From Microcoleaceae cyanobacterium (GTDB lineage: Bacteria; Cyanobacteriota; Cyanobacteriia; Cyanobacteriales; Microcoleaceae): a stretch of 52,800 nt of DNA. Positions 39,518 to 50,639 of this stretch are shown piece after piece. The position numbers and the translations under genes are program-made. The first letter of the stretch is position 1. The number at the start of each line of letters is the position of its first letter. The DNA lies in the NCBI GenBank assembly GCA_051652765.1, contig JBOFUV010000064.1:1-52800 (forward strand), given 5' to 3'. A model generated the notes under the pieces. It made no database searches. It was not told the DNA's origin and was given only the letters and a program-made list of their open reading frames with translations.

Positions 39518-41081
39518 TCAATTTCTCGGGGGTAATGGGCGCACTTAACGCTTCCTCTAGGGGCGCACAACCCAACCGTTCCTCCAGAATAGTCATCACT
39601 TCCCGCCCAAAATCGTTGGGGTTTCGTTGCCAAGCCGCTAAGCAAACTGCACCAAAGAATGAACCCAAGGGTTCAGGATTCCACAGCAGTTTCTTCGCCA
39701 CCCAGGGTAGATGAATGGCCAAGGGATCATATCCTTTTTGCAGGATATTGTGCTCAAAGGCATACTTTTCTAGATGGGTATGGGGTTGCAGACCGATAAA
39801 GAAAATGGCAGGTTCAACTTTGTCAGCCCCAAAAATCTGTTCTAGTTCTCGGTGATACGCAATCGTTTGGCGAATGGTCTCGAAGGTTTCATCAATCACG
39901 TTAAAGGAGTAATTGACGGAAACTAAGTCATTAAATCCGGCAGCCTTCAAATCTCGGCAGTTTTCTAGCACAACGCGCAAGTTATAGCCCATTCGCATCT
40001 TCCGCACGAGTTCTTGAGATCCGCTAGTAATTCCGATCTCAAAGTAGTTCATTCCAGTTTTGACCATCAACTCACACAGCTCAGGGGTGAGATTGTCCGC
40101 CCGAATATAGGCCGCCCAGTGAATATCAGTCATGCCTGAATCCAGGATTTTTTGTAGTAACTCTACTGCATCGTCAATAAACCGTCGGGCTGGAATAAAC
40201 TGAGCATCGGTAAACCAGAAGTTCCGAATCCCCCGCCGGTACAATTGCTGAATTTCAGCGACCACTTCATCGGCTGGATTGATGCGGACTTGCTTGCCTT
40301 CAACGACGGTGTAAATGCAGTAACAGCAGTTGTGGGGACAACCGCGCTTTGTTTGTACCCCAACGTAAAAATCTTGCTCTTGCAAATAGTAATCAAACTT
40401 TGGCCAAATCTCAGCAATATAGTCATAGTTACAGGCCGTTTTCTCAATGGCAGTCGGTTGCTCATGAACCATCTGCTGGCGGGGGGAAGTCTCTCCCACC
40501 ACATAGCACCGTTGATCGGAGAAGTCCTGATGGGTTAGAATCCGCTCTAGCAAAATTTCACCTTCGCCGACGGAAATTACAGTTCCTCGGGGCAGCATTT
40601 GACCCAACTGTTCATAGAACACGCTAACTGCACCGCCCCCAACTACCAAACGGGCATCAGGATTATACCGCTTGGCCCGTTTGAAGCCACGCTTGATCAA
40701 GCCTAAATTGCGCCAGAGCTCCGTTAGGTAAGTAGAAACCATTCGCAAACCACCAAATGCTCCTCGCAGTCTGGTTAGAGGGTTCTGAGCGTAGTAAAAC
40801 TCAAACGCATTTTGTAGGGGATTGCCGCCTCGTCCTCCCACCGGAGCGTAGATCTGGATGTCTCGCCAGGAGAACACGATCAGAGTGGGTTGAAACTGAT
40901 CAATACAAGCATCCAACGCTGGGCTGTAGTCCAAGGGCGGTACAGTCCCGAGGTCAAAAATCTGCTGCTCTACATTAGAGAACAGCTTGTGAACATGATC
41001 AGCCAGATATACGACTCCAATTGGGAAAATTGGATTGCAAGGGAGGCGAACATAGAGAACTTTGTGATTCATAGTCAGCAT
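39474..41081 (-). CDS. Radical SAM protein (PSII high-light acclimation, Slr0320-like)
   Basis: [11 protein letters not shown]-terminus and [11 protein letters not shown]xxxCxxC motif; 44-bp convergent overlap with narB. Confidence 0.88.
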   Translation of the reverse strand: MLTMNHKVLYVRLPCNPIFPIGVVYLADHVHKLFSNVEQQIFDLGTVPPLDYSPALDACIDQFQPTLIVFSWRDIQIYAPVGGRGGNPLQNAFEFYYAQNPLTRLRGAFGGLRMVSTYLTELWRNLGLIKRGFKRAKRYNPDARLVVGGGAVSVFYEQLGQMLPRGTVISVGEGEILLERILTHQDFSDQRCYVVGETSPRQQMVHEQPTAIEKTACNYDYIAEIWPKFDYYLQEQDFYVGVQTKRGCPHNCCYCIYTVVEGKQVRINPADEVVAEIQQLYRRGIRNFWFTDAQFIPARRFIDDAVELLQKILDSGMTDIHWAAYIRADNLTPELCELMVKTGMNYFEIGITSGSQELVRKMRMGYNLRVVLENCRDLKAAGFNDLVSVNYSFNVIDETFETIRQTIAYHRELEQIFGADKVEPAIFFIGLQPHTHLEKYAFEHNILQKGYDPLAIHLPWVAKKLLWNPEPLGSFFGAVCLAAWQRNPNDFGREVMTILEERLGCAPLEEALSAPITPEKLITSPPKQVAGLAAL

Positions 41082-41436
41082 TCCTACTCTGATCCGAGCT
41101 TGACCGACAACAGATTAAAACTTATTCATACAACTTAACAACTTTTAGAGCTTTTTTACCTTAGATTGAAGGGATTCTAAAATTTAAAAACTTTTTTTAA
41201 CACAAGCTAGCAAGACTCTGGAGCTGATTTCAGCAAAAAGTAGTATTCTACTGAAGTCATCTAGTGTTTTTGACAGATTTTCCGGAATTAAGGCAAAAAT
41301 TCTTAGGTTAAAGCTAAAAATCAGGAATGTTTAAAGTTTATAATTAGGATTGGTAGTCGGTTTTACAACCAACGGGGATCACGAAATGTTACCTTATTTT
41401 TATACAAAAACCTGTATAGACATCCCCTTAATCGCT

Positions 41437-41817
41437 ATGGCTCAGATTCTTGATCCCCTACCATCTAGTGCAGACGGCCAAGCTCTCTGCTGCTATGTGA
41501 ATGCGACTAGCCAGATCCAGATTGCTCGCATCACAAATGTTCCGAGTTGGTACTTTGAACGGGTTGTATTTCCGGGACAACGTTTAGCATTCGAAGCCTA
41601 TTCGTGGGCACTTCTAGAAATTCATACTGGACATATGGCGAGTGCAATTATCTCCGATACTATTCCTTGTTCCCGCCTTCGGATCAACCAAGGGACTTCT
41701 TCTGAAGGAGGTTCTCAGCCTGGGCAAGCAACTGGTGCATATAGCTCAAAAGTAACGCAAAAAGTCCGGGGCAACTCAGATACTTTAGCAGTTCCGGCCT
41801 TGAGTTCTGTTGAGTAG
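41437..41817 (+). CDS. DUF1830 domain protein
   Basis: CCYVNATSQIQIARI...YFERVVFPGQRL; ATG at 41437. Confidence 0.85.
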   Translation: MAQILDPLPSSADGQALCCYVNATSQIQIARITNVPSWYFERVVFPGQRLAFEAYSWALLEIHTGHMASAIISDTIPCSRLRINQGTSSEGGSQPGQATGAYSSKVTQKVRGNSDTLAVPALSSVE

Positions 41818-42107
41818 TCCAAGGGATTTGGAAGCTCTAGGACTGATTGGTCTCAGTAGATTGCCTAACAAGCCTTTTTTGATTGCTTTAGTGCTACTTC
41901 ATTCCCTGGGTTAAGTTGCTTTAGCAAGACTGATCTAGGGAATGTTTTACGAATATCTTGACTTGTTTAGCCCCTAATTTTTTACTTTACTGCCTGCTCC
42001 CCACCTTGTTAGAAATCTACATTAGAAATTGATCGATCGGAAGATTACTGCGAGTTTTATGTTGATCTTTGTTATTGCCCTGTCTTAACTGGTGATGAGG
42101 CCAACCC

Positions 42108-42686
42108 ATGTCAACAGTGTCAGCTTCTGTTCCTAGCTCCGAATCTCAGTCCCTGAGCCGAACGTTTAGATTGTCTCCTTTGATTCGGTTCACTCTCCTG
42201 AGTTTGTATGGCGCTTTAATGGTTCCCTTGCCCTTTTTAGCCAATGCTGTAGAATCTGGCATTCGACCCAATTGGCTATGGGCAGGTATTATCTTGGGGG
42301 CGATCGCACTGTATGGAGCCCTGAGCGAAAAGGTCGTTGTAGATGAGGAGAGGATTCAAGTCACTTATCCAACTTGGGTTCCTCGTCGGTTTCGCCAAGG
42401 ATGGTCTCTGGCTTGGAGTGAGGTTCAGGCCCTGAAACCAAAAACAACGGGACAGGGCGGTTTGGTCTACTACTTCTTGAGTACATCTGGAGAAGGGTAT
42501 CTGTTGCCGATGCGAGTCGCTGGCTTTGCTGAACTCGTTCGAGTGGTGCAACACAAAACTGGAATCGAGACAACAGATGTTCGTCCCTTGGCTCAGGCTT
42601 GGATGTATTTAATCTTGCTGGGATGTACGCTCTTACTTTGGTTGATGAATATTTGGACAATTTCAACCGCAATCTCTTTAGGTTGA
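42108..42686 (+). CDS. Conserved cyanobacterial membrane protein
   Basis: FRLSPLIR, TTGQGGLVYY, LLPMRVAGF; several TM segments. Confidence 0.8.
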   Translation: MSTVSASVPSSESQSLSRTFRLSPLIRFTLLSLYGALMVPLPFLANAVESGIRPNWLWAGIILGAIALYGALSEKVVVDEERIQVTYPTWVPRRFRQGWSLAWSEVQALKPKTTGQGGLVYYFLSTSGEGYLLPMRVAGFAELVRVVQHKTGIETTDVRPLAQAWMYLILLGCTLLLWLMNIWTISTAISLG

Positions 42687-42721
42687 GCGTCTGAATCTGT
42701 ACAATAAAGCTTAATGCCAAC

Positions 42722-43513
42722 TTGCGTTTTACCCGCTACAGATTGATTGCAGCGACTTCACAATTACTATTCAATTCCTTAAAGCTGGATCGAGTCAGCT
42801 TGCTGTCTTCCCTGAGTCCCTATCCCATCCTTCAGGAGATTTCTGCAACGATTCAACGGGGTGATCGCATTGCCCTTGTGGGTAGTAGCGGTGCAGGAAA
42901 AACCTCTCTGTTGCGGTTGTTGAACCGCCTGAGTTCCCCAACTCACGGCAAGATCGAGCTGAATCAACAAGACTATCAATCGATTCCTCCTGTCCAACTC
43001 CGACAACAGGTTACCCTGGTTTTGCAGGAACCTAAATTATTAGGAATGACCGTTCAGGAGGCGATCGCCTATCCGTTGAAACTGCGAGGTTTGAACCCAA
43101 CAGAAATTACGCAACGGGTCAGCACTTGGATGGAGCGACTCCAGATTCCTCAAGATTGGCTCAATCGTACTGAACTCCAGCTTTCCACAGGACAGAAACA
43201 ATGGGTGGCGATCGCCCGCGCTCTGGCCATCCAATCTCAAGTGTTACTCCTAGATGAACCCCTATTTAGCCTTGACCTCCAGCAACAGATCACCTTGGTC
43301 AACCTATTAGAGGCGCTCACTCCCTCAGACATGACGATATTGATGGCGACCCATGGTCTTGAACAAGCTGAGAAATTTAGCACCCGGCTCTGGCACTTGC
43401 ACAAGGGGAAATTAATCCTAGATGAGGCCAAGGGTTCAGTCAACTGGCAGACTCTCGAAGCTGAGCTGGATCAAGCAAAACAGCAGGAAGCCCAAGCTTG
43501 GGGAGAGATTTGA
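42722..43513 (+). CDS. ABC transporter ATP-binding protein (start uncertain)
   Basis: Walker A GSSGAGKT, signature LSTGQ, Walker B LLLDEP, H loop ATH. Confidence 0.88.
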   Translation: MRFTRYRLIAATSQLLFNSLKLDRVSLLSSLSPYPILQEISATIQRGDRIALVGSSGAGKTSLLRLLNRLSSPTHGKIELNQQDYQSIPPVQLRQQVTLVLQEPKLLGMTVQEAIAYPLKLRGLNPTEITQRVSTWMERLQIPQDWLNRTELQLSTGQKQWVAIARALAIQSQVLLLDEPLFSLDLQQQITLVNLLEALTPSDMTILMATHGLEQAEKFSTRLWHLHKGKLILDEAKGSVNWQTLEAELDQAKQQEAQAWGEI

Positions 43514-43515
43514 GA

Positions 43516-43896
43516 TTAGGACTGAAGGGCCAAAGACTCTTCCAACGAAACTAGTTGATACCCTGCATCGGCTGGCGCAACCACTGAAACAAAAACCAAT
43601 GGCTCTTCACCATGGTTGAATACTCCATGTACGCACCCGACCGGAGCAACGACCACATCTCCTGCAACAATCGGCCTTGTAGCTCCGGCCCGATCCAAAT
43701 AATAGTTTCCCTGCCCAGTCAAAATAGTCCAGGTATCTTGCCCATGAGGGTGGATATGGGCAGGAATTTCTTGACCTGGTTTGATATACCAGGCGACAAC
43801 AACGGCATCCTGGGATTCTGTAATGACCGAACGAATCGGCTCCCCATCTGTCGGCTGAAAAAATTTAGAACTGTTGAATATTCTGGTTGTACTCAT
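43516..43896 (-). CDS. Cupin domain protein
   Basis: AHIHPHGQD...GDVVVAPVGCVHG. Confidence 0.88.
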   Translation of the reverse strand: MSTTRIFNSSKFFQPTDGEPIRSVITESQDAVVVAWYIKPGQEIPAHIHPHGQDTWTILTGQGNYYLDRAGATRPIVAGDVVVAPVGCVHGVFNHGEEPLVFVSVVAPADAGYQLVSLEESLALQS

Positions 43897-44304
43897 CTGG
43901 TATCACGATCGATAATAATAGGCTGCGCTCGCAAAAGCATTGTCTAACTAATTGCCTTGTAAAACTGTCACATCAATAACCTTTGTAAAATGATTCTGGG
44001 CTCTGTGCTCAACACTCGAAAAAATCAGCTCCTAAGACTGTTCAAATTGCTTCTCGTTCGGGCTGAAGTAACTGGTTAGATTTCTGGTTTTGTTTCTAAC
44101 AAATCTGAATTAGCCCAGTCGGTGGAGACGTTGCAAGATTGCAAGCATTTTTACATCCCACGAAATCAGCTTAACGTTCCTTTCATAGACTTTCCTTCCT
44201 CAACTTTTCTTTCATAGACTTTCTTTCATAGACTTTTTTTCATAAATGTTGAGGAAAGCCCAGATTATTGAGTAGAAGCCCTATCCTACTGGAGAATTTC
44301 TACT

Positions 44305-44502
44305 ATGCAGCTTGGTCAGATTTTAGTTCAAAAACAGTTGGTCTCAACCGATCAACTTTATGAAGCGCTCTCACTTCAAATCTCATGCTCCAAAAAGTTA
44401 GGTGAGATTTTATTAGAGTCTGGAACCATTCATGAACAAGACCTGCGGCAGGCTCTAAAAGAGCAATCTTGGCGGCAGAACGGCTTTTGGATCATCGATT
44501 AA
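44305..44502 (+). CDS. Small stand-alone MshEN-like protein
   Basis: Two 24-aa xLGxxLxxxxxxxxxxLxxALxxQ motifs joined by a 5-aa linker; GGAG RBS. Confidence 0.75.
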   Translation: MQLGQILVQKQLVSTDQLYEALSLQISCSKKLGEILLESGTIHEQDLRQALKEQSWRQNGFWIID

Positions 44503-44575
44503 ATTCACTCAAACCCACTCAAAATATATTATTAGACTTGCAATATTATTGAACAATTTTTTGCTTGAGCAATGC

Positions 44576-45181
44576 CTAAGAGGATTGACCCGGCACAAGC
44601 TCAGTATTGATTTCATTCACGGATCTACGCCGCAACTCACGGGATTCAGAACGGGGCAGTAAATCAAATACTTTCCGAAACGCATCGTCAATTTTCTCAA
44701 ATGGCACTTGACCCGCTTCGTCTAATACAACCTTTCCAGACTGATCAATTAACACAGTTTGAGGGACAAACCCTCGATAGTAATAGCTAGGTTGCGTCGG
44801 ATCATCAACAGTTTCAAAGTTAACTGCATCAACGCTCAACGGCATGAAATCAGCCACCCGCCCATAGAACTGTTGAAGTTGGGAAACCGTTGTTGCAAAT
44901 TGCTTACAATCTCGGCTGTCGTCTAGGAAGAACACGAGCAAACTGGGTTTTGAGTGTTCTAAGGATTCCGTTAGGGTGACGCGGGGAGGAACCAGGGAAC
45001 CGTTCCCGGCATAAAGCGCAAAGATATTACCATCAAACACATCATTTTCTAGACTTGCCAGGGCGTATGGTGTTCCCAAGAGTCCCCAACTCAGGGCCAA
45101 ACATGTCACGACCTGAACCACCGTCAGCCACCAATGACGCTTGGGACAAAATCTAGATATCTGCTTTGACATGATCAACAT
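44576..45181 (-). CDS. Thioredoxin-like thylakoid PSI accumulation factor
   Basis: FDGNIFALYAGNGSLVPP, LDDSRDC, YYRGFVPQTV. Confidence 0.8.
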   Translation of the reverse strand: MLIMSKQISRFCPKRHWWLTVVQVVTCLALSWGLLGTPYALASLENDVFDGNIFALYAGNGSLVPPRVTLTESLEHSKPSLLVFFLDDSRDCKQFATTVSQLQQFYGRVADFMPLSVDAVNFETVDDPTQPSYYYRGFVPQTVLIDQSGKVVLDEAGQVPFEKIDDAFRKVFDLLPRSESRELRRRSVNEINTELVPGQSS

Positions 45182-45832
45182 TTACACCTCAGGAAAACTC
45201 AAATGATTTTTCTACTCTGTTTGCCGGATCTGTTTGCCGAATAAAGTCAGACTTAACAGAACTTCACACGACAAATTGTGACTTGGGAAAAGACTTTGAT
45301 CAAGCTAGAGCCAACCTTGCTAAGTCTAGCACCATGGGATTCCTAGAAGTGCCAGGTTTTTTTAACCGGATGGGAAGACAAACTTCTATTTCGCAGTTCT
45401 TAACAGAATGAGAGGTTATGTTAAAAACTATTACGATCATATCAATCTAGGGAGCCTAATGCCTGAGAATACATGCGATAGGTAGTTGTGTTACGAGACA
45501 AGTTTCTGGCCAACTCCTGATGTCATTCCTGAGCAAAACTTCTGGCCTCTGTTGCTATATAACTGCGTTCTGCGCTGTTTGTGAGTAACTTGTCCACCGA
45601 GAACGTTCAGTGAGTTTCGACTTTATGCCTAGTGTCCTTGACTGCTCAGCTAAGGCCATTAGGAATCTTAAGCTTACTAGCCTTTCGCCAACGATGAAGG
45701 GTTCTGAGGTCAGATTGCTGGTCTCTAGCCTTGATAGTTGAGCGAAGTCAGAAAGGGGTTTGGCCTCTGCTGGTGCAGGGTAAGTTTAGGTCGTTCGATT
45801 ATGAACACGTTAGCAAAACTCTTTGGTAGAAA

Positions 45833-46318
45833 ATGAGTATCGTCACAAAGTCCATCGTGAATGCTGACGCTGAGGCTCGTTATCTCAGCCCAGGTGAGCT
45901 AGACCGGATCAAATCCTTTGTTACAAGCGGTGAGCGTCGTGTTCGCATTGCTGAAACAATGACGGCTGCCCGTGAGCGCATCATCAAGGAAGCAGGAAAC
46001 CAACTGTTCCAAAAGCGTCCTGATGTTGTTTCTCCTGGTGGAAACGCCTACGGCGAGGAAATGACCGCAACTTGCTTGCGTGACCTTGACTACTATCTCC
46101 GTCTGGTTACCTACGGAATCGTAGCAGGGGATATCACTCCCATTGAAGAAATTGGGATTGTTGGTGTACGCGAAATGTACAAGTCCCTCGGAACACCCAT
46201 TGAAGCGGTTGCTGAAGGGGTTCGGGCAATGAAGAATGTTGTAATTTCCCTCCTCGCAGGCGAAGATGCATCAGAAGCTGCGGCTTACTTCGACTATGTT
46301 ATCGGTGCGATGTCATAG
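45833..46318 (+). CDS. apcA: Allophycocyanin alpha subunit
   Basis: [29 protein letters not shown]. Confidence 0.98.
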   Translation: MSIVTKSIVNADAEARYLSPGELDRIKSFVTSGERRVRIAETMTAARERIIKEAGNQLFQKRPDVVSPGGNAYGEEMTATCLRDLDYYLRLVTYGIVAGDITPIEEIGIVGVREMYKSLGTPIEAVAEGVRAMKNVVISLLAGEDASEAAAYFDYVIGAMS

Positions 46319-46408
46319 GAATACTTTAGGGAATAGCCTAAAGATTTATGGGGCTTTAACGAGCCGATTCTTCACTGTATTGACCTCTAACAAGGAAATC
46401 AAATCATC

Positions 46409-46894
46409 ATGCAAGATGCAATTACTGCAGTAATTAACTCTTCTGACGTTCAAGGCAAGTACTTGGATGCCAGCTCTCTAGACAGACTCAAAGCCTACTT
46501 TGCGACAGGCGAATTGCGCGTTCGGGCTGCAACAACCATCAGCGCCAACGCTGCAAACATCGTCAAAGAAGCCGTTGCGAAGTCTCTGTTGTACTCCGAT
46601 ATCACCCGTCCCGGTGGTAACATGTACACCACTCGTCGCTATGCTGCTTGTATTCGCGACTTAGACTACTACTTGCGCTACGCAACCTACGCAATGCTAG
46701 CGGGTGATCCTTCCATCCTAGATGAGCGCGTGCTCAACGGTTTGAAGGAGACTTACAACTCCCTAGGCGTACCCATTGGTGCAACTGTTCAGGCAATTCA
46801 ATCCATGAAAGAGGTAACTGCAGGTCTTGTTGGATCTGATGCAGGCCGCGAAATGGGTGTTTACTTCGACTATATCTGCTCTGGCTTGAGCTAG
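46409..46894 (+). CDS. apcB: Allophycocyanin beta subunit
   Basis: [29 protein letters not shown]. Confidence 0.98.
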   Translation: MQDAITAVINSSDVQGKYLDASSLDRLKAYFATGELRVRAATTISANAANIVKEAVAKSLLYSDITRPGGNMYTTRRYAACIRDLDYYLRYATYAMLAGDPSILDERVLNGLKETYNSLGVPIGATVQAIQSMKEVTAGLVGSDAGREMGVYFDYICSGLS

Positions 46895-47041
46895 GTTTTC
46901 TTGGAATAATTATCTTGGAATAACTGTTTTGGAGTAACACTCCTAGAAGAGTTGTCCTGAAATAGTTGTCCCGAAGTAACCGAATAAGATGGCTGAAAAA
47001 TTGGGCTGAAAAATTGGGCTCAGTGATCAGCAGTGTATTGC

Positions 47042-47146
47042 AAGGCGAGGGAAGTCTGGAGTGAATACTAGGCCGTCAAGAGCTTTTCAAGTGAAATAAA
47101 TTGATGAGTTTTAATGAGCTAGTGTTGATTCCAAACTCCCAGCCTT
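47042..47146 (+). other. Long imperfect stem-loop between apcB and apcC
   Basis: AAGGC..GGGA..TGGA..AATACTAG pairs with CTAGTGTT..TCCA..TCCC..GCCTT. Confidence 0.55.
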
Positions 47147-47202
47147 CAGTTGTATAAAAAAACAATGTAGAACTACTCTTTGCGGTTGGGAGAAAACTCG
47201 TC

Positions 47203-47406
47203 ATGAGAATGTTTAAGGTTACTGCCTGTGTCCCTAGTCAGACTCGGATTCGCACTCAACGGGAGCTGCAGAACACCTACTTTACAAAGCTTGTCCCCTA
47301 CGACAATTGGTTCCGTGAACAGCAACGGATTATGAAGATGGGTGGCAGAATTATTAAAGTTGAATTGGCAACAGGCAAGCCTGGAACTAATACAGGCTTG
47401 AAATAG
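47203..47406 (+). CDS. apcC: Phycobilisome core small linker
   Basis: MRMFKVTACVPSQTRIRTQRELQNTYFTK. Confidence 0.97.
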   Translation: MRMFKVTACVPSQTRIRTQRELQNTYFTKLVPYDNWFREQQRIMKMGGRIIKVELATGKPGTNTGLK

Positions 47407-47562
47407 TTTCATTCCCCGTGCCATCTCTTGTCTACAAAAATGGCCGGGGTAGATCTTGAGAATAGACTTTAAGAGTAGATTTTGAGACCAAAAACTCCTG
47501 ACTGTTCTACCCTTGTCCGCTATTATGGAAAGGTATATCAGGTTTTAGCAGGATATATCTAG

Positions 47563-49593
47563 ATGGAGAGCTGGGAGTTTTTGCTGCAGAGAGAAGGGGA
47601 TGTAGCCTGGTTGCCACTAGAATCCCCGGATGTAGAAATTTTAGAGGGCCGTTATCGAGTTGTGGCTAGAGTTGCCGCTTTGAGAGGCAAGGTAGAGGTT
47701 CGGATCACTCACCACGCTCTAGATGAGATTCCCCCAGTTCATCGGGTTCAGACTCGAGTGACAAACGTTAGTCCTGAGGGTCTGGCCAGTATTCTTCCCT
47801 ACAGTCGTCTCAAGCCAGGGATTTGGGAGATCGCATGTTTTGCTTCTCCTTCGTCTGAGGGTTTCCCTGCGAGTCAGTCTCAAGTTGTCCAATTGCAGGT
47901 TCTACCAAGCGATTCAGAGCCCTTAGAGCAGCCGCTTCAGTCAGTTTCTTTGGAACACGAGTCAGATTTTTCCCGAGAGCAACGGTCTGCTCAGTTTTTG
48001 CCGGGGTCAAATCTGATGCCCAGTTCCAGCCAAGATTTTGTAGTCGCGAATGGCGTAGGGGTTAGTCCCCTAATGTCTGAGTCTTTACCACTTCAGTTGA
48101 GCCTAGATCAAACCTCTTACATGGCCAAGTTGGGCCAATCATTTTTGATGTCTGGCCAGATTCAATTAGATCCATCCTGTTCGGAATCGATGGTGATGTC
48201 CAACCTGTTCCTGCGGGTGCTGCTCCGCGATCCTCAAACATCAGCAATCCTTTCAGAGCTTCAGCAACCCCTTCCTCTAATTCCGTTTCCCCTGCCCTTT
48301 ACCTGCTTAGTTTACACTCCCTTTGAATGTCAAACCCGTTCAATTTTGGGAGAGGTTACCCTCCACGATGACGAGCAAATCTTTACCAAGTGTATGTTTA
48401 CGGTTGGGACACAGGTTGAACATTTGCTGGAGGTGATTGTCCAAGAGTTTGAAGAGGAGCTTGAATCAGAGGCGATCGCCGAATCCCTCACGGCTGTAGG
48501 TCGAGGAATTCAACTGCCTTTAGAGTCAGAATTTCCACCACCACCTCCCCTTCCCCGGATGAAATTTCGACCTCCCTCAACAACACTGAATCTCCCCAGC
48601 CTACGTGCTTCTACCCTAGACAAGCCTCCTCTGCCATTGCCCGCTGCAACCCAACCCTTAACCCCAGAGTTAATTACCCCTCAGTCCCAGTCTCTCTCCC
48701 CTACATTGAGCGCTGAACCTGAGCTTGTTGGGACAGAGCCCAGAGAAGCTAACCGTTCCGAGTTGAGTTCAGAACTGGTGGAAGAGCAACCAACCCAACT
48801 GCAACCTCAGGTCTCTGAACAGACATCTCCTTCTCCTGTCCAAGTTGCGTTTCAGCAGCTCAACTTACAGAATCGATTTTGGTCTCGACTCAGTGCTTTA
48901 GCAGAAGATCGAGATTTGTCCCAATGGATGAAGCGAGCAACACCCAATCCTTTGCCCGACACTCCTTTTGCAGCTTCAGAGTCAGCTTCCACTCAAACCT
49001 CTCAAACCTCTCAATTCCATGATTCCTCTGATCTACTGAGAGCGGAGACGGAAATTGAAGCTACATTGGTTGAGCGTTCTGTGATTCAAGATCTAGATGC
49101 TCAGGAAGTCGTGATGGATGATGAATCTCTGAATGCGCCTTCGTCTTCTATGACCCGTCGCCAAACCTCATCAGATCCCAAATCCGACGTGAAAAGCTTC
49201 CAATCAGGGGGAGCATTGGCTGCGGTATCCGAAGATGAGCCTATTCCTGCCCCAATTTTAGAAATTTCTAGGGAGGTGATCGTGGCAGGACGACCAGTCC
49301 CCATTCAGGTCAGGTTGCCAGAAGGTTTGCCTCGAATTTACGTTAAGATCTGGGTCTATGACCGCCAGTTTCGTCAAATTATTGATGGCCCTCGCTGGTT
49401 GACTGAATTTTCCCCAAATGGCTTAGATCAAATTGAAACCAGTGTGAGCCTTGAAATTGCTTACAGCAGCTTGGAGGTTCAGATTGAGGCGATCGCCGTT
49501 GAAATGCAAACTCAGCGAGAAAGTCGCAAGGTTGTGATTGATCGACCCGTAGTTCAGCCTGATGCCCCCACCCTGCCTCTAGAAAGTCTCTAG
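47563..49593 (+). CDS. Cyanobacterial hypothetical protein with acidic/Pro-rich middle
   Basis: 676-aa ORF; N-terminal WEFLLQREGD...LEGRYRVVA and C-terminal VKIWVYDRQ...DGPRWL blocks. Confidence 0.8.
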   Translation: MESWEFLLQREGDVAWLPLESPDVEILEGRYRVVARVAALRGKVEVRITHHALDEIPPVHRVQTRVTNVSPEGLASILPYSRLKPGIWEIACFASPSSEGFPASQSQVVQLQVLPSDSEPLEQPLQSVSLEHESDFSREQRSAQFLPGSNLMPSSSQDFVVANGVGVSPLMSESLPLQLSLDQTSYMAKLGQSFLMSGQIQLDPSCSESMVMSNLFLRVLLRDPQTSAILSELQQPLPLIPFPLPFTCLVYTPFECQTRSILGEVTLHDDEQIFTKCMFTVGTQVEHLLEVIVQEFEEELESEAIAESLTAVGRGIQLPLESEFPPPPPLPRMKFRPPSTTLNLPSLRASTLDKPPLPLPAATQPLTPELITPQSQSLSPTLSAEPELVGTEPREANRSELSSELVEEQPTQLQPQVSEQTSPSPVQVAFQQLNLQNRFWSRLSALAEDRDLSQWMKRATPNPLPDTPFAASESASTQTSQTSQFHDSSDLLRAETEIEATLVERSVIQDLDAQEVVMDDESLNAPSSSMTRRQTSSDPKSDVKSFQSGGALAAVSEDEPIPAPILEISREVIVAGRPVPIQVRLPEGLPRIYVKIWVYDRQFRQIIDGPRWLTEFSPNGLDQIETSVSLEIAYSSLEVQIEAIAVEMQTQRESRKVVIDRPVVQPDAPTLPLESL

Positions 49594-49640
49594 TAGAAAG
49601 TCTCTAGTAGAAAGTCCTCAGACCCGAAAGACCTATTTAT

Positions 49641-50639
49641 TTATTCACTTGTCTTCTCCAAGAATGCCTTTAAGCTTTCAAAGGTTGCTGAATAGGTTGC
49701 AATCGGGATATCGTAACCTTTTAGATTGACCATGCACCGCTCGAAGGTTTTTTCGGGCTTTAGTTTTGACAAATATTCATAGGTGGTTTCGCCAATCGCA
49801 ATATCTACCCCAAGCTGCTTTGTGGCAGACTCTAGACGAAACGCTGCATTGACAGTATCTCCGAGGGCCGTATAGTCTGATGTTCCTCCACTCCCCGTGT
49901 TGCCCACCATGGCATAGCCTGTGTTCAGCCCTGCACCAACTCGCAGAGGAAAAGGCAGGGGATATGCATCACTCAACTCAACCGTCACTCGATGCAACTC
50001 ACTCAACGCTTGACAAATCCGCAGCATTTCCTGAGGACTAACGCCCTGAGTGCCATGAAACCAAACTGCCATGATGGCATCCCCAATGTATTTATCCACC
50101 CAACTGCCATAGTCCCGAATAATTTCTCCTGCGTGACGAAACCATCGCCCAATGACTTCTGAGAGAATCCGTTCATCCAATTGTCGGGTTAGCACAGTGA
50201 AGTCTCGAATGTCCATCACCAGCACAGAAATGAGTCGCCTCACTGTTAACGTTGCGGTAAAGTCTGATTCAGACTCCTCTTCGGCGCTCTCCTCCGCACC
50301 GACAAATGAAGGACAGTGAAACTCAAACTCGGTTTGACCTAAAGTAATGTGATCACCATCTTTTAGGGTAACGGGAATCGTCAGCCGTCGCCCATTCAGA
50401 AAGGAACCGTTGCGACTCCCCAGATCAATTAAAAAGAACTCCCCATGTTCCATCCGTTGAAGCATGGCATGATTCCGAGAAGCCCATCGATCTTTTAAAA
50501 CAAAGTTACTCTCCTCACTCCGGCCCAACGTCCAATAGTTCTTACCTGTCGGCAACGGTAAGAATCGATTGCTGCCGTTATCAAGCATGATCAAATAAGA
50601 AGTGTGATGAAGCTGCACAACGGGTAGGAGAAAGGTCAC
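49641..50639 (-). CDS. FHA domain adenylate cyclase
   Basis: FHA LGRS...SRNHA...DLGSRNGSFLNG; cyclase MDIRDFT, DKYIGDA, YTALGDTVNAAFRLE. Confidence 0.92.
   Translation of the reverse strand: MTFLLPVVQLHHTSYLIMLDNGSNRFLPLPTGKNYWTLGRSEESNFVLKDRWASRNHAMLQRMEHGEFFLIDLGSRNGSFLNGRRLTIPVTLKDGDHITLGQTEFEFHCPSFVGAEESAEEESESDFTATLTVRRLISVLVMDIRDFTVLTRQLDERILSEVIGRWFRHAGEIIRDYGSWVDKYIGDAIMAVWFHGTQGVSPQEMLRICQALSELHRVTVELSDAYPLPFPLRVGAGLNTGYAMVGNTGSGGTSDYTALGDTVNAAFRLESATKQLGVDIAIGETTYEYLSKLKPEKTFERCMVNLKGYDIPIATYSATFESLKAFLEKTSE

Noticed and set aside
43516..43948. Cupin gene as a stray integron cassette (GTTAGAC upstream on the minus strand at 43942-43948)
   Set aside because: No attC or matching GTCTAAC at its 3' end, and its stop abuts the ABC gene; a 7-mer match alone is not enough.
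45415..45440. RpaB HLR1-like site upstream of apcA (GTTAAAAA-CT-ATTACGAT)
   Set aside because: Too degenerate to support without TSS data.
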